Position numbers and translations under genes: made by a program. A stretch of DNA of 64,000 bases, taken from assembly GCA_013239625.1 (NCBI GenBank), contig MU054212.1:3935922-3999921 (forward strand), written 5' to 3'. Source of the stretch: Lama guanicoe. Its lineage: Eukaryota. How positions within the stretch are numbered: the first letter of the stretch is position 1; every line of letters begins with the position of its first letter. Under the pieces are notes generated by a model that saw only the letters and a program-made list of their open reading frames with translations, did no database searches and was not told where the DNA came from. This document shows positions 52,951-64,000 of this stretch, piece by piece.

Positions 52951-53684
52951 ACTTAATTTCTATTAGGGACCTGGGACACAGAAATTAAGACTTAATTTCT
53001 ATTAAAGTGGCCTGGAAAATAAATAACCTGGATAAATTAGAAACCTATTATAATTGCTTGCGTGCAGTCTCTTGCTGCTGTCTAGGGCACTCACATACTA
53101 GATCTTCGCTCAGCAACAAGGATTCTGGGGCAAACAAGAGGACTCAGCTTTGCAGCTGAGCCCAGTGATATCCGGCAAAATGAGATGCTGTTTCATGAAC
53201 TACCTGTGTCTTCCGTCATCTTCCATAGAAATGAATTTCTATTTCTTAAATAGAACACATTCATGGCAGAAAGTATGCTGGGTCAACGGCGATCGTCTAA
53301 CTACCTGCTCCCCGACAAAAACAAACAAATAAGCAAACAATAACAACAAAACCCTAAAGCAGAACTAAGGTTGCTGAGAACACATCAGAGTTCAAAAAGG
53401 TGGGGCAACTGGAGCCAAGAACTGAGAAGAACTCAGGTGACCTTACGAGGGAAACAAGCAAGGTTTTGTGATCATTCTCAGGAAAAGAATGGAAAAATGA
53501 ATGTATAACTTGACTGGCAACACAGATTTTAAAATCCCAGACAGGCAAGTGAGTAGAGGCACAAAGTGGGTCAGAGAGTGGGGGGTGCAGGACATGTTCC
53601 ATCTGAAGCAGCCTCTCTGAGAAGCCCTGACCTCATGTGCTGGAGGGGAAGGACTCTGCACAAGGGACAGAAATCAGAAGACTA

Positions 53685-53880
53685 TCCAGACCACATCCAG
53701 CCACTTACTACTCTTACGATTCCAAGTGAATCACCTCACCTCCATGAACTCAGTTTCATTATATGAACATAGAAATGCTCCCTTTCCCACCCCCGCCTCA
53801 GAGTTTGGGGCAGCCAAAATAACCTTTATGAAGTTTCTTAAAGAAGTATAAAGCACTATGCTAATGTAATAGTTTACAAT
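53685..53880 (+). mobile_element. MIR SINE
   Basis: ccacttacta...caagtgaatcacctcacctccatgaactcagtttcattatatgaa...gtataaagcactatgctaatgtaa. Confidence 0.6.
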
Positions 53881-55399
53881 AACCAAAAGTAAGGTGATTT
53901 TAACAAATTTCAAGGCAGCATTGCTGGAGTGTGTATGTTGCAACCACCAGACATCACGTATCAGTAATCAGCAAAACAAAGGATGTATTCTTTCTTAATT
54001 GCCTAGTTTATTTAAATGGTGGCCTGGAAAATGATAAGTTATAATCATGATTTGAGATGGGTTAAGCAATTAGGACATTTAAATATAAAACTATTAAACT
54101 TTGGAGAATGCAGCACAAATAGGGATTGAGAATTCATGCTATCTGCTAATTTGCTAATCATTAGTGAAGTGACAATACCATACTGAGGCTTTCTCAGGTT
54201 GAGTAGTTAGTGTGAGATTAACTCATAAGGGAACATTTTCCAACAATACAAATGCAACAAGATGCTTTAATAAATGTCTTCTACATCGACCAAATAGATG
54301 ACAAGTCAACAAAAGATGCCACAGCGGATCTAAGTGACTGAACTGAAGGAATAATTACATATATGAATAATGTGGAAACCTCAGGGTTTAATTTCACAGA
54401 GGAACTCGGAGAACAAATACTTAGCTCTGTCGAAATTTTTCTCCGATCATTTCACGAAGGTGGCCCATTAGTTTTGCCCTTTAAAACCATACAGAAATGC
54501 AACAAAGAAAACATTCATAATTTAAATAATTGCCACAAATTGCGACTATTTTCCCCACAACCACAACCAATATGTGTTGGTTTGGCACTGGCATTTTCCA
54601 AAGCACTGCACAGTGACATCCTCACTCATGAGAGAAAACAAGTATTTGTTGAGTAAATATTAGGAACACAAATACTCCCCCGGCTCTGAGAATGTCTACA
54701 TCCACACTTGGTTAAATTCATAATGCCTGCTAATCGGAAGACACTTGATTTAAAGTGAAATTCTGAAATGAAAGACGTTAGGAATAACGAAATAATGAGA
54801 GACATCAGGGAATCATATTTGGAAGGTTTGAAAATGCAGCATTTCAGGTGCCTCCCCTCTGACAGAAATGCCCTTGGTCAGACCACAACTTCAGCAAGCA
54901 AACGCAGGGGCCAGGAAAGAGATTTCAGCCCTAGGAATTAGAACCTGTGGGCCATTTTCTTTGCTGTATTTTTTTTTTCTATCAGGTAAGTAAGAATATC
55001 TCACTCTCAATTTATTAGCACTGTTTGAGAACTTAAGACTCTCCTTATCTGAGCATCTGGTTAAAATAAATAATCAGAGGTTTGAAAACAGACAGAAACA
55101 TCGTAACAGTGGACATGGATATGTTCTGATGGTTAACGTGAACAAAGGTTTCATCGATATCCATTATAGATGCTGGTAGTATTCAAACAAGGACAGAAAG
55201 TAGGCTTCTACATTAAAAAAGCAATAGAAAAGAGGTAATGCACAACCTTCAAAGTGTAATACCTCTAAAAATCCATCCGAGCTGTATTTCTGTCATGGAA
55301 ATACACTCAAAGGCCAATCTGGCAGAAGACCACCTTGATTAGAATCTCCCAGAGTTCATCTGCGAAAATCCCAAAATGTGAAAACCAATCATATTGGTT

Positions 55400-55459
55400 G
55401 AAAAAAGAAAGGAAGAAAGGAAGAAAGAAAGAAAGGAAGAAAGGAAGGAAGAAAGAAAG
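55400..55459 (+). repeat. Pure-purine (GAAA/GGAA)n microsatellite
   Basis: 60 consecutive purines read directly. Confidence 0.95.
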
Positions 55460-55929
55460 TTAATCTACTAGAAGTTTGGAAGAGCGATACTCTGCACTTT
55501 TTAATCCAGACCCTAGAAACAAAAGTTACACTCGAAAGAATAAAAGCATACACAGAGCACAGAGCCATGGAGCAGTCAACTTAAAAGGCAGTGCAGTTAA
55601 AGTCTGGTGGATTTGTATGTTACAGGGGTACTTCCTGATATGACTGGAAACCTAAACTAAAGCGGAGGTGAAATGTCACAGAGACTGACCGGCTGCTAAA
55701 GGGAGGCTCGTCCGGTGAACAGACACGTCTTCAAAAGTGAATGGCGGTCTCACTTCCACTCTTGAGACAACAGAGCGTGAAGATGACTCCATTTGGAAAA
55801 AAGCCTGAAAGACATTTGCCCCCCAAATAACAACAAAGTGAAGCATCCATGAAAGGAACCTAGTCAACAATGAAGAAGGAAAAATAACCAAGCGAGGTGT
55901 CAGTGACTTCCCCCTTACAAGTGAGGGGA

Positions 55930-56170
55930 TCCCCACCAGAGTGATCTGTAAAAGATTCAACAAGGGGCCATTAAAGAAGCCAGTTTTCCTTTGGTGACTG
56001 AAATCAGAACACTGGTTGTCTCTGCGGCAGTGGGGACTGAATGGGAGGGATCATAAGAGAACTTTCTAGGGTGATAGAAATGTTCCTTCTTTTTATTGTT
56101 TTTTTGTTGTTGCTACATGAGAGAACTCATTTGTCAAAACTTACTGAACTGCAAAAATAAAAAAAAAGCA
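55930..56170 (+). mobile_element. Old L1 3' UTR (L1MC/ME-like)
   Basis: gaaatcagaacactggttgtctctg...gagaactttctagggtgatagaaatgttc...catttgtcaaaacttactgaactg. Confidence 0.75.
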
Positions 56171-56984
56171 GCAAACTTTGGGATCCGGCAGAGACAGGGT
56201 TCAAAACACAAAGTTACTGACAGCCAGAAAAAAAAAAAAAACACACACAAAAGTGCTCACATCTCTGAATGCAATGAAAGATCAATCTTTGTTCTATGTT
56301 TTGTCAATGTGGAGGATAACCAGCTATTGACACAAAAGTCCTCAGGATGAAATGGAACTTTTGGAACACCTATCGATGTACTTTGGATATATACATTTTT
56401 GAATGTAAGTAAGATACAGGCATTTTTGAAAATAGGTAATTTTTATTATTCATTAAAATGAATGAAATTCATTTTTCAGCAGGAATCTGAAACAGTAAGA
56501 ACTGGGGTGATGTAAATCCTCTGTCATTTGTACCTACATGTATCTGAAATAGGCCTTTTCTCCATTGCCTAACACAGAGAAATCCTAATTTAGGAAAATC
56601 ATAGACTATGAATTGAAATAAAGTCTCAACATGTGTCTTAGTTGCTGTAGGCTGAAACTGGTCAACACTTTTTGGTCACTAAACAATTTATAGAGTGTGT
56701 GTGTATGTACAGTTTACTCCATCGAATGGCAGCGTATGTCAACTAAAACTTGTAGATGTTATCATACGCCCCTTTATTCAAATAAGGATTTAAAATAAAT
56801 ACTGGCATTGATTCCTGGGGCTTCTCTGTGCCTGGGTTGCCAGTTGGGGTCTCCAGATGGTGTTGAAGCTAGGGCCTTTTTGAAAAAAAAAAATCTACTT
56901 CCAGGTCTAACATTTGAATTCAAAAATCATTTTTTTTAAAGTGCAAAACAGTAAGCAGTTCATCCGAAAAGCACCCCGTCATAA

Positions 56985-57705
56985 CAGGAGCCCAAGTGAA
57001 CGATGCAGCGGTGAACAACGCCAAGTTCACCCTGGGCTGCACTGGGGCTGCCTCTTCATCGAAGGCAAGAAGAACGCCTCGGCAGCAGGGGCAGGATGCA
57101 GGAGGTGCGAGCTCAGTCGTGGAGGGAAGCTCAGCTTCCTCCATTTGAAAGAGGAATCCAGAATGTTCAAACACCACCAAAGAAGCCGTCTGATGTTCAG
57201 CCTGCAGCAGAGATTAAAGGAGCCAAGGTGCTTATGTTCAGGTATTTGAAGCACCTCTCAATGTCAGTTTTCCCCACAAGGCTTTTGCCCGTCTTGTTGA
57301 CCAGCATTGCCCTGTTCCTTGAAATCGACCTGGCATAGAACACGTGATCAAAAATACCTGTCGCACTCAGAAGGATGAACTGAATGACCTCAGAGGAAAA
57401 GAGAACACACTTGCTGCTCCGTGTGGTGCCAAACGACGAAACAGGCACCCGCCCTGTGGGTAAAAATTTGAGGAACAGATGCTTCAGTTAAACTTTTTCA
57501 GAAACCACTTTTTAGCAGTTCGAGCTCTCCAACGGTGGAGCAGACTTTGTAAAAGAGTGATCTCTTCCTCATTCGGGGGGAGGGAGGAGCAGCGGTATTC
57601 TTGCAGAAACTGGATAACCATCTGTCAAGGATGCTACAGCAACGAAAGCACATCATCGAACACCACCAGGGTTTCATTTTTATCCTATCTGCCATTTCTG
57701 TAGAG
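56985..57705 (+). mobile_element. CR1/L3 LINE 3' fragment (ORF2 C-terminus)
   Basis: Ordered motifs: DAAVNNAKFTLGC (~DAAAKKANAILGC), QQRLKE (~EERLKE), FRYLK (~FKYLK), RNHFLAVRALQRWSRL (~RKNFLTIRAVQQWNGL), VFLQKLDNHLSRML (~VFKQRLDDHLSGML). Confidence 0.75.
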
Positions 57706-57939
57706 CAGACCTTCTGCTGACATAAAAATCATCAAGCTGAAATGAAGTGATTTTAAACCCTTTTAGGAGTGACTCAACAAAATGTGTTAGCGTGGTTCCT
57801 AAATGCAGGTACAGGAAGACATCTGTGGAGCGTGTCATAGACACAGATTTCCAAGTCCCGCCTGATCTGATTTCTCTAGTCCACTCTGTGATACTGCCCT
57901 TGAATTCTCTCCTCTCTTCTGCACCATCACTTTTCCCCT

Positions 57940-58688
57940 CCCTATTGGGTTCTTTGCCATCATCAAGCAAACATGTTACTCCCATCTTTAAAAATTATCC
58001 TCAGTTGACCCCACTTCTCTCTCCAACCACCACCCAGTTTCTCTTCTTCCTTCTAAAGGAAAACTCAGTCTGTATACCGCTTCCCTTCTCCACCTGACCG
58101 TTGAATACACCCCAATCAAAGATGTCCAGTAACTTCCATGTTGCGAAATCAGTGGTGAATTCTCAATTCTCATCTGCGCTGATCCTTCAGTAGCATTTGG
58201 CACAGACGGTTGCTCCTTCCCTCTGAAATGTTCCTTCACTCGACTCTAAAGACACCACATCCTACTGAGTTTTCTCCTACCTCTCTGGTTACCCTTTCCC
58301 AGTCACCCTTCCACCTCTTAAATCCTGACCTCCTAACACAAGGATGCTCAGAGGCTCCATACGAAGCCACTTCTTTCTTTGGTTTTCTCCTCCTCACACT
58401 CTGATCCTCTTAGAGATGGAGGCTGAGTCATGGCTTTGCTTCATACGCTTAGTGCTCCCCATTCTGCAGCCCAGCCCACTCCACTAAACCCCAAACCCAC
58501 ATATAAATGTCTTCTCCATATCACTGATACTCATCTCCGCAGACTCAACCCCAGTTCCTAATCTTTCCCGTCACAGTGACTAACAGCCTTTCCAGTGTTC
58601 AGACCAAATATTGTGGCACCATTGTGACCCCTTTTTCTTGCACCATCCATCCAATCCATCAAATCATATTGTCAAAACATATTCCGAG
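57940..58688 (+). mobile_element. L2 LINE, 5' part (RT region) of an element split by L1
   Basis: ctcatctgcgctgatccttcagtagcatttggcaca gives LICADPSVAFGT (~LILLDLSAAFDT); ends catccaatccatc...caaaacatattcc. Confidence 0.8.
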
Positions 58689-59762
58689 AACAAAGTTGGA
58701 CCTCTAACTTACGTGAAATATCAAAATTAACTCAAAATGGGTCAATGACCTAAATATAAGAGCTAAAATGATAAAAATTTTAGAAGAAAACATAAGGATA
58801 GATCTTTACGACTCTGGATTTTGCAATGGATTCTCAGATGTGACACCAAAGGCAAGAGCAATAAGAGAAAAATAGGTAAGTTGTGTCTTATCAAAGTCAA
58901 AAAATTTTGTGCATAAAAGGACATTATCCAGAAAATGAAAAGACAACCTAGAGAATGGGAGAAATATTTACAAATCATATGTCTGATAAGGGTCCAATAT
59001 CCAGAATATATAAAGAAATTTTACAACTCACAAACGAAAACCAAGCAATTAAAAAATGGTCAAAGGGCTTGAATACACATTTCTTCATAGAAGATAAACA
59101 AATGAGACACATGAAAAGGTACTCAACATTGTTAGTCATTCAGAAAAGGCAAATCACAACCACCAAGAGGTACCACTTCACACTCACTAGGATGGCTACA
59201 ATCAAAATAAACAGAAAATAACAAGTTTTGGTGCGAATGTGGAAAAACCGGAACCCTTGCATGTTGCTAGTGGGAACACAAACTGGTTCAGCTGCGGTGG
59301 AAACCAGTTTGTCAGTGCCTCAAAAAGTTAAACACAATTACCATATGACCTCTTAATTCCACTCCCAGGCATATACCCAAAGAAGGTGAAAACATGCCAA
59401 ATGTCCATCAACTAATACAGACAAACAGTTGCAATAAATTGCAAACTATATACACATATACGTACGGACAATGGAACATCATTCAGCCGTAACAGGGAAT
59501 GAAGTACTGACACATGCTACCACACAGATGAAGCCCCAAAACATGCTAGGTGAAAGAAGCCAGGCCCAAAGGGTCTGTGGAGCTGGCGGAGGACTGGGGA
59601 GAAAATGCTTCACGGATAAGGGTTATACTTTGAAGTGGTGGAGACAATTTGGAACTAGGTAGAGGTGGTGCTTGCCAAACACTGAAATGCACTAAATTCC
59701 ATTGAGTGGTTCACTTTAAGTGGTTAATGTCATGTGCATTTCACATTAATAAATTATATTTT
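58689..59762 (+). mobile_element. L1 (L1MB-like) ORF2 C-terminus plus 3' UTR
   Basis: aaaattaactcaaaatgg...gacctaaatataagagctaaaa; the ORF at 58955-59221 carries MKRYSTLLVIQKRQITTTKRYHFTLTRMATIK of L1 ORF2; ends cacattaataaa. Confidence 0.92.
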
Positions 59763-60390
59763 TAATATTCAGAATTTACCCCCTTTTCCTACTTCTACAG
59801 CTACCACCTTGGTCCAGGCTACCACCTTCTCTCACCTAGATTATCACTAGCCTCCTAACTGGTCTCCTCTTCCCATCTCATCCTCTTAGGTTTTTTCTCA
59901 ACACAACAGCCAGAATAACATTACTTTGTCAGTCAGATCATGTCTTTCCTCTGCTGAAAGCCCCACAATAGCTCTTTATCTCCTCGTGGTCCAAGTCTAC
60001 GTCCTCACAGGGGTCTATAGGACCCCACACAATGTGGCCCATCACTGCTCCAGCCCCACTGACCTCATCCCCTACTACTCTGCACTTCCTCTTCTCCATA
60101 CTGGCCACACTGGACTCCTTGCTGCTCCTTCAACATTCCAGACACACTTCTGCCTCAGGACCTTTGCACCTGCTGTCTGCTGTATTTTGAATGTTCTTCC
60201 CCTTAGACCATCTCCAATACCAATTCTTTCTCAAATGTCTCCTATGCAATGACACCTCCCCAGATTATCGCATTTGAACAGCAAAGCCACACATTCTCCC
60301 TATTTCCCTTTTTTGTATTATTTTTCTCCATAGCATTTATATCATCTAACATAAATTCTTTTTTATTGTGTTTACTTTCTACTCTCAACT
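59763..60390 (+). mobile_element. L2 LINE (L2a-like), 3' part resuming after the L1
   Basis: gctaccaccttggtccaggctaccacc...cctagattatcactagcctcctaactggtctcc (LDY..SLLTGL); ctggccacactggactccttgctgctcct; cctcaggacctttgcacctgctgt. Confidence 0.88.
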
Positions 60391-60667
60391 AGGAGCTTAC
60401 TAGACAGCCTAAAAGGATGGACAGAAAGGGGTTCTCTGACCTCAGGAGGACAGATTTTAAACCACTCAGGTGCCTGCTTGCCTACATCTGCCTAGGTTAA
60501 GTGTGACTTTCTTTAACACAGATCTGGTTGCTATTTTGTGAGACATCAGACTTCGGCGACTCCAAATTACCGAAGGCTATGAATAGCTGCAAAAGGACTT
60601 AAAAACAAGAGTGATCACCCAAACTGGCTTATCTGTTTGCAGGATGGCACTAAGAAATCTGGACCTA

Positions 60668-60975
60668 GGGGGAGGGTACAGCTCAGGGGCAGAGTGCGTG
60701 CTAAGCAAGCATGAGGTCCTGGGTTCAATCCCCAGGCCCTCCATTAAAAAATAAATACAAAAGAACATATATATGTATGTATACGTATAACTGAATCACT
60801 TGGCTGTACACCTGAAACTAACATTGTAAATCAACTACACATCAATAAAAATTTTTAATAAATAAATAAGCCTAATTACTGTCCTCCCAAATAAATAAAA
60901 ACTGCCACTTTAAAAAAAATGAATAAAAATTAAAAGATAGAAACAAGCAGAAAAGAAAACTTAAAAAAAAAAATG
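60668..60975 (+). mobile_element. Camelid tRNA-Ala-derived SINE interrupted by a young L1 3'-end fragment (about 60758-60857)
   Basis: SINE head gggggagggtacagctcagg...ggttcaatccccag; then L1 tail gtataactgaatcacttggctgtacacc...caataaaa; SINE resumes aataagcctaattactgtcctccc. Outer TSD at 60653-60667 / 60976-60990. Confidence 0.88.
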
Positions 60976-62354
60976 AGAAACCCGGACCTAACATCACATC
61001 ACATCAAAAGGGATCTAAAAAATTTCAAGTATTAAATAAAGTCTAAAGGATTAATGATGAAAACAAGGATGAAATTCCTTAGTTCTTCTGTTGATCTTAT
61101 TATATACTTAATAGCTCTTGAAAAAAAAAGCCAAAAAACTGCCAGTAGGTATTTAAAAAAAAAGTTCTCCACCCCTGAGAATCTGCATGGCTGCATTTTG
61201 TCTGTAACTCCTAAGAGCCTATCGTCAATATCCAGGGGAGTAATCTCAGTACTTCATTCCTTTTCTCACCATCGATTGGAAATCAGTAAAGTGCAAGGGG
61301 CTGGCCAACTTTATAAACAAGGTATTTATAAACCAACCTTCTAAATATCTTAAAAATTTACACATTCCACAGGAAAAAAAAAAGATTTCTCAAAACAAGA
61401 AAAGCTAATTAAAAAAGAAGCCAAGGTTTCCTAATAAATTAACGTAAGTCTGGAACACAGCAGAACTGCTTAAAACATACATGGCTTCCCAACTTAGTAA
61501 TGCATGTCATACAAAAGCAACACATTACTAAAAAAAAAAAAAAAACAGTGCATTTGTATAGTCCCGCTAAACTAATAAAAAAATATTTCAGCGCTGTTAT
61601 CTACAGATACCACACGACTGCTTCCTCGGAGCATGGTCATGCAGACAAGCCTCAATCAGTAAGGAAACTAATTTAATTCAAATTCCATCCAGTTGAAAAT
61701 AATCATCATGGGCTGCCCAGAGTTGGTGAGTATGAATGCATTCCTGAAAATCTGGTTGGTAATTGTAGGTTGCTATTTATGTTGCCCAGAGTTGGAGGAG
61801 TTTACTTAGCGAGATGTCTAGGCAGACAGACCACCAGGCAAAACACACAGGAAAATCACTCTTGACATCCACGCTAAAAACAGCCTAGACCCTCTCTGCA
61901 GTGTCGCGGTGTGGCTGTTATTTCATACTGTCAGATACACTGCTGGTGACAGAATGAAAATTTATGATTGCAGTTATTTTATTTTCAAGTAATGTGCTAC
62001 CACAAGAGATTTTTCTAGTTCAGTGGAGTGTAAGTTAAATAGTCAAGGCTAAATATTATTTTCCAAAGCCCTAAATTTTTCTGCTTGTAAACAGGTATGC
62101 ACAAAATACTAATGGTGACAATCTTTTGAAAGATATATTTTTTTAATCATCAGGATGGGGGGCTTGTTGGCCACTGAGTCACCAACTCCCAAGTATGTCT
62201 AGTAACACACAGGCCATGGTGTTAAGCGGAGAACAAAGGAGAACAGCTCTAAGAGAAACTTGTCACAAGACATGTGGACAGTTAAGCTAGCGCTCGCTCC
62301 TCCCCATGTTATTCCATAACTGTTTTTTTTATCATCACCATTATAACTAAATTA

Positions 62355-62495
62355 CGCATCAGGAAACCTGGGTTCTAGTTCCAGATCTGTAGCTAACAAT
62401 CGAAGGTACTGTCTAATCATGGGAAAAGTCTATCACCTCTCTGAGCTCCAATTTGCTTATCTGTAAAATGAGGGGGTTGGCAAGAAATGCTTGTA
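62355..62495 (+). mobile_element. MIR SINE
   Basis: tcaggaaacctgggttctagttccagatctg...cacctctctgagctccaatttgcttatctgtaaaatgagggg. Confidence 0.8.
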
Positions 62496-62639
62496 AAGCA
62501 GAATGGGAAAATGCAAGGGAACCAGGACTACCTAAACATATTAAAATTGATGCTAAACCTACTAAAGGCAAACACAGAGAAGACCACAGGATAAAAAGGG
62601 ATGTTTTTCACCTGAGGGGAAGCTGGTAAATGAAAAACG

Positions 62640-63120
62640 TAAAATTCAATGGTAATGAGGCTGAAGAAGAACTAACACACTTTTAGCCCAGTAAAGGAGA
62701 GTCCTACAAAAAATGCAAAAAAAAAAAAAAATACTGTCACTCTCTCCATTCCCTCTGGCCTAATAATTCTACTTTTGAATACAAATCCCCAAAGAAAATA
62801 TCCCCAAAGAAAAACCAAAGTTCTCCAAAAAAGAATCTCCATAGCAGCACAATATGTGAGAGAAAAACTGGAAACAACCTGTAAGTGCAAAAATAGAGGC
62901 ACATTAAGCAAAATCTGGTTTTGTTAACAAACTGGAAGAGAAGCCTGGTTGGCCATTTTTAAAAATTCTGAACTCTTCTGAAAAGAGTGGGAATGTTCAA
63001 CATGATATTTCATGATGAAGGCTGATTACAAAATATACTTGCCCTCTTTTTGATTTTACAAAGAACTTAGTGATGAAAACCAGAAGAGAAACTGGAGGAA
63101 TAGAACTAGCTCACGGGGTC
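62640..63120 (+). mobile_element. Old L1 (L1ME-like) fragment
   Basis: ggcctaataattctacttttgaata...catagcagcacaatatgtgagagaaaaactggaaacaacctg. Confidence 0.65.
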
Positions 63121-64000
63121 CATTCTTTCTATTAAATTGATCATGAGGGCAAAAAAAAAAAAAAAATTGGTTGGGAAGAGGATGCTCTCCCGGCTAGAGT
63201 CCAGCTTTTTTTTTTTTTTAACATGTCCTGCTCTTTGACGCAGCTTTTCTACCATGACTGTAACACCTTCCACCTCCTTCTAATGCTTAATGTTCTTCAA
63301 GCACCTTCAGAAAGATTGTGATTTAATTGTTTGAAAAATAATCAACATTTATGGCATCTCTACACAAAAACGCTCACGGTCTGTATTAGGTCTAGTGTGC
63401 CAGGAATAGATCCCATGAAACCTTCTTATACACAGTGTTGGACTAACCATTGTCCTCTCCCCAAAGGTCATCGTGGGAAATCAAAGGAAGCATCAAGGGT
63501 TAGGAGTTATGACTTCAACAGGCTCTTAGACTCTAAAGTCAACCTTAATAGAGTAGGACCTGCCAAGAGGCAAATGCCTGGCAAAACTGTTGCATATTTC
63601 TTATGCACAATTACTTCTTTCCTTAAACACCATAAATCACAAAGCCATGGCAAAAGTGATCACTGTGGTCGGCCGAGCATGAGATCCCTTCCCGCTTTAG
63701 AATATACGTGGTGAATGGATTTACTGCAGTACACAGAATTCATGAACATAATTACAACATGCTATTTAGTTGGGTTCAGTGTATCCATGCATCTTTGGAT
63801 TATCATCCCACCAAAAAACTCCAAGATATTAAGGTAAAAGCAAACAAACAAACTGTAATTCTTCTAAGTAATGACTTTCCAAAATAAACATGACCGGTGA
63901 CGACACTCTTGTAAAAAGGAATGTTGATGTTTCACAAAAGCCTTCCTCCTTCAAGAAAAAAAAAAGTTTTTTTCTACTAACCATATATTATGAACGTTAT

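Larger units (their letters stand above)
1..64000 (-). other. Probable intron(s) of an unidentified large gene transcribed on the minus strand
   Basis: By eye, long A-runs far outnumber T-runs on +. Almost all L1 fragments lie on + (antisense L1 bias is typical of introns). No recognisable coding exon. Inference only. Confidence 0.5.

Noticed and set aside
58955..59221. 88-aa ORF as a host gene
   Set aside because: Fragment of decayed L1 ORF2 with frameshifts and stops around it.
1..64000. CRISPR arrays, operons, endogenous non-retroviral virus, or a nameable host gene
   Set aside because: Eukaryotic repeat-rich DNA with no repeat-spacer array or long ORF; the coding-looking 57-kb segment resolved as CR1/L3; no exon matched a protein I recognise.

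Overview
Mammalian non-coding DNA, most likely camelid (alpaca, llama or camel), judged from tRNA-Ala(AGC)-derived Vic-1-type SINEs and young L1 3' ends. I found no recognisable protein-coding exon, functional RNA gene or prokaryote-type system. The six-frame ORFs are chance ORFs or repeat fragments. A-runs dominate the + strand and nearly all L1 fragments are on +, which suggests an intron of a large gene transcribed on the - strand; I cannot name that gene. Much of the window is transposon-derived (MIR, L2, CR1/L3, L1, MLT LTRs, MER20/MER33/MER82, lineage-specific SINEs). The most notable signals are: a dense AP-1 (+TEAD/RUNX) motif cluster at 35.45-36.58 kb; a SINE interrupted by a young L1 tail that is identical to a copy 58 kb away; a minus-strand L1 missing its 3' terminus despite a 17-bp TSD; a well-preserved CR1/L3 fossil; and several candidate cryptic or micro-exons on the - strand. 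I see no convincing novel biological system. Repeat family names were assigned from recalled consensus sequences, and boundaries are approximate.
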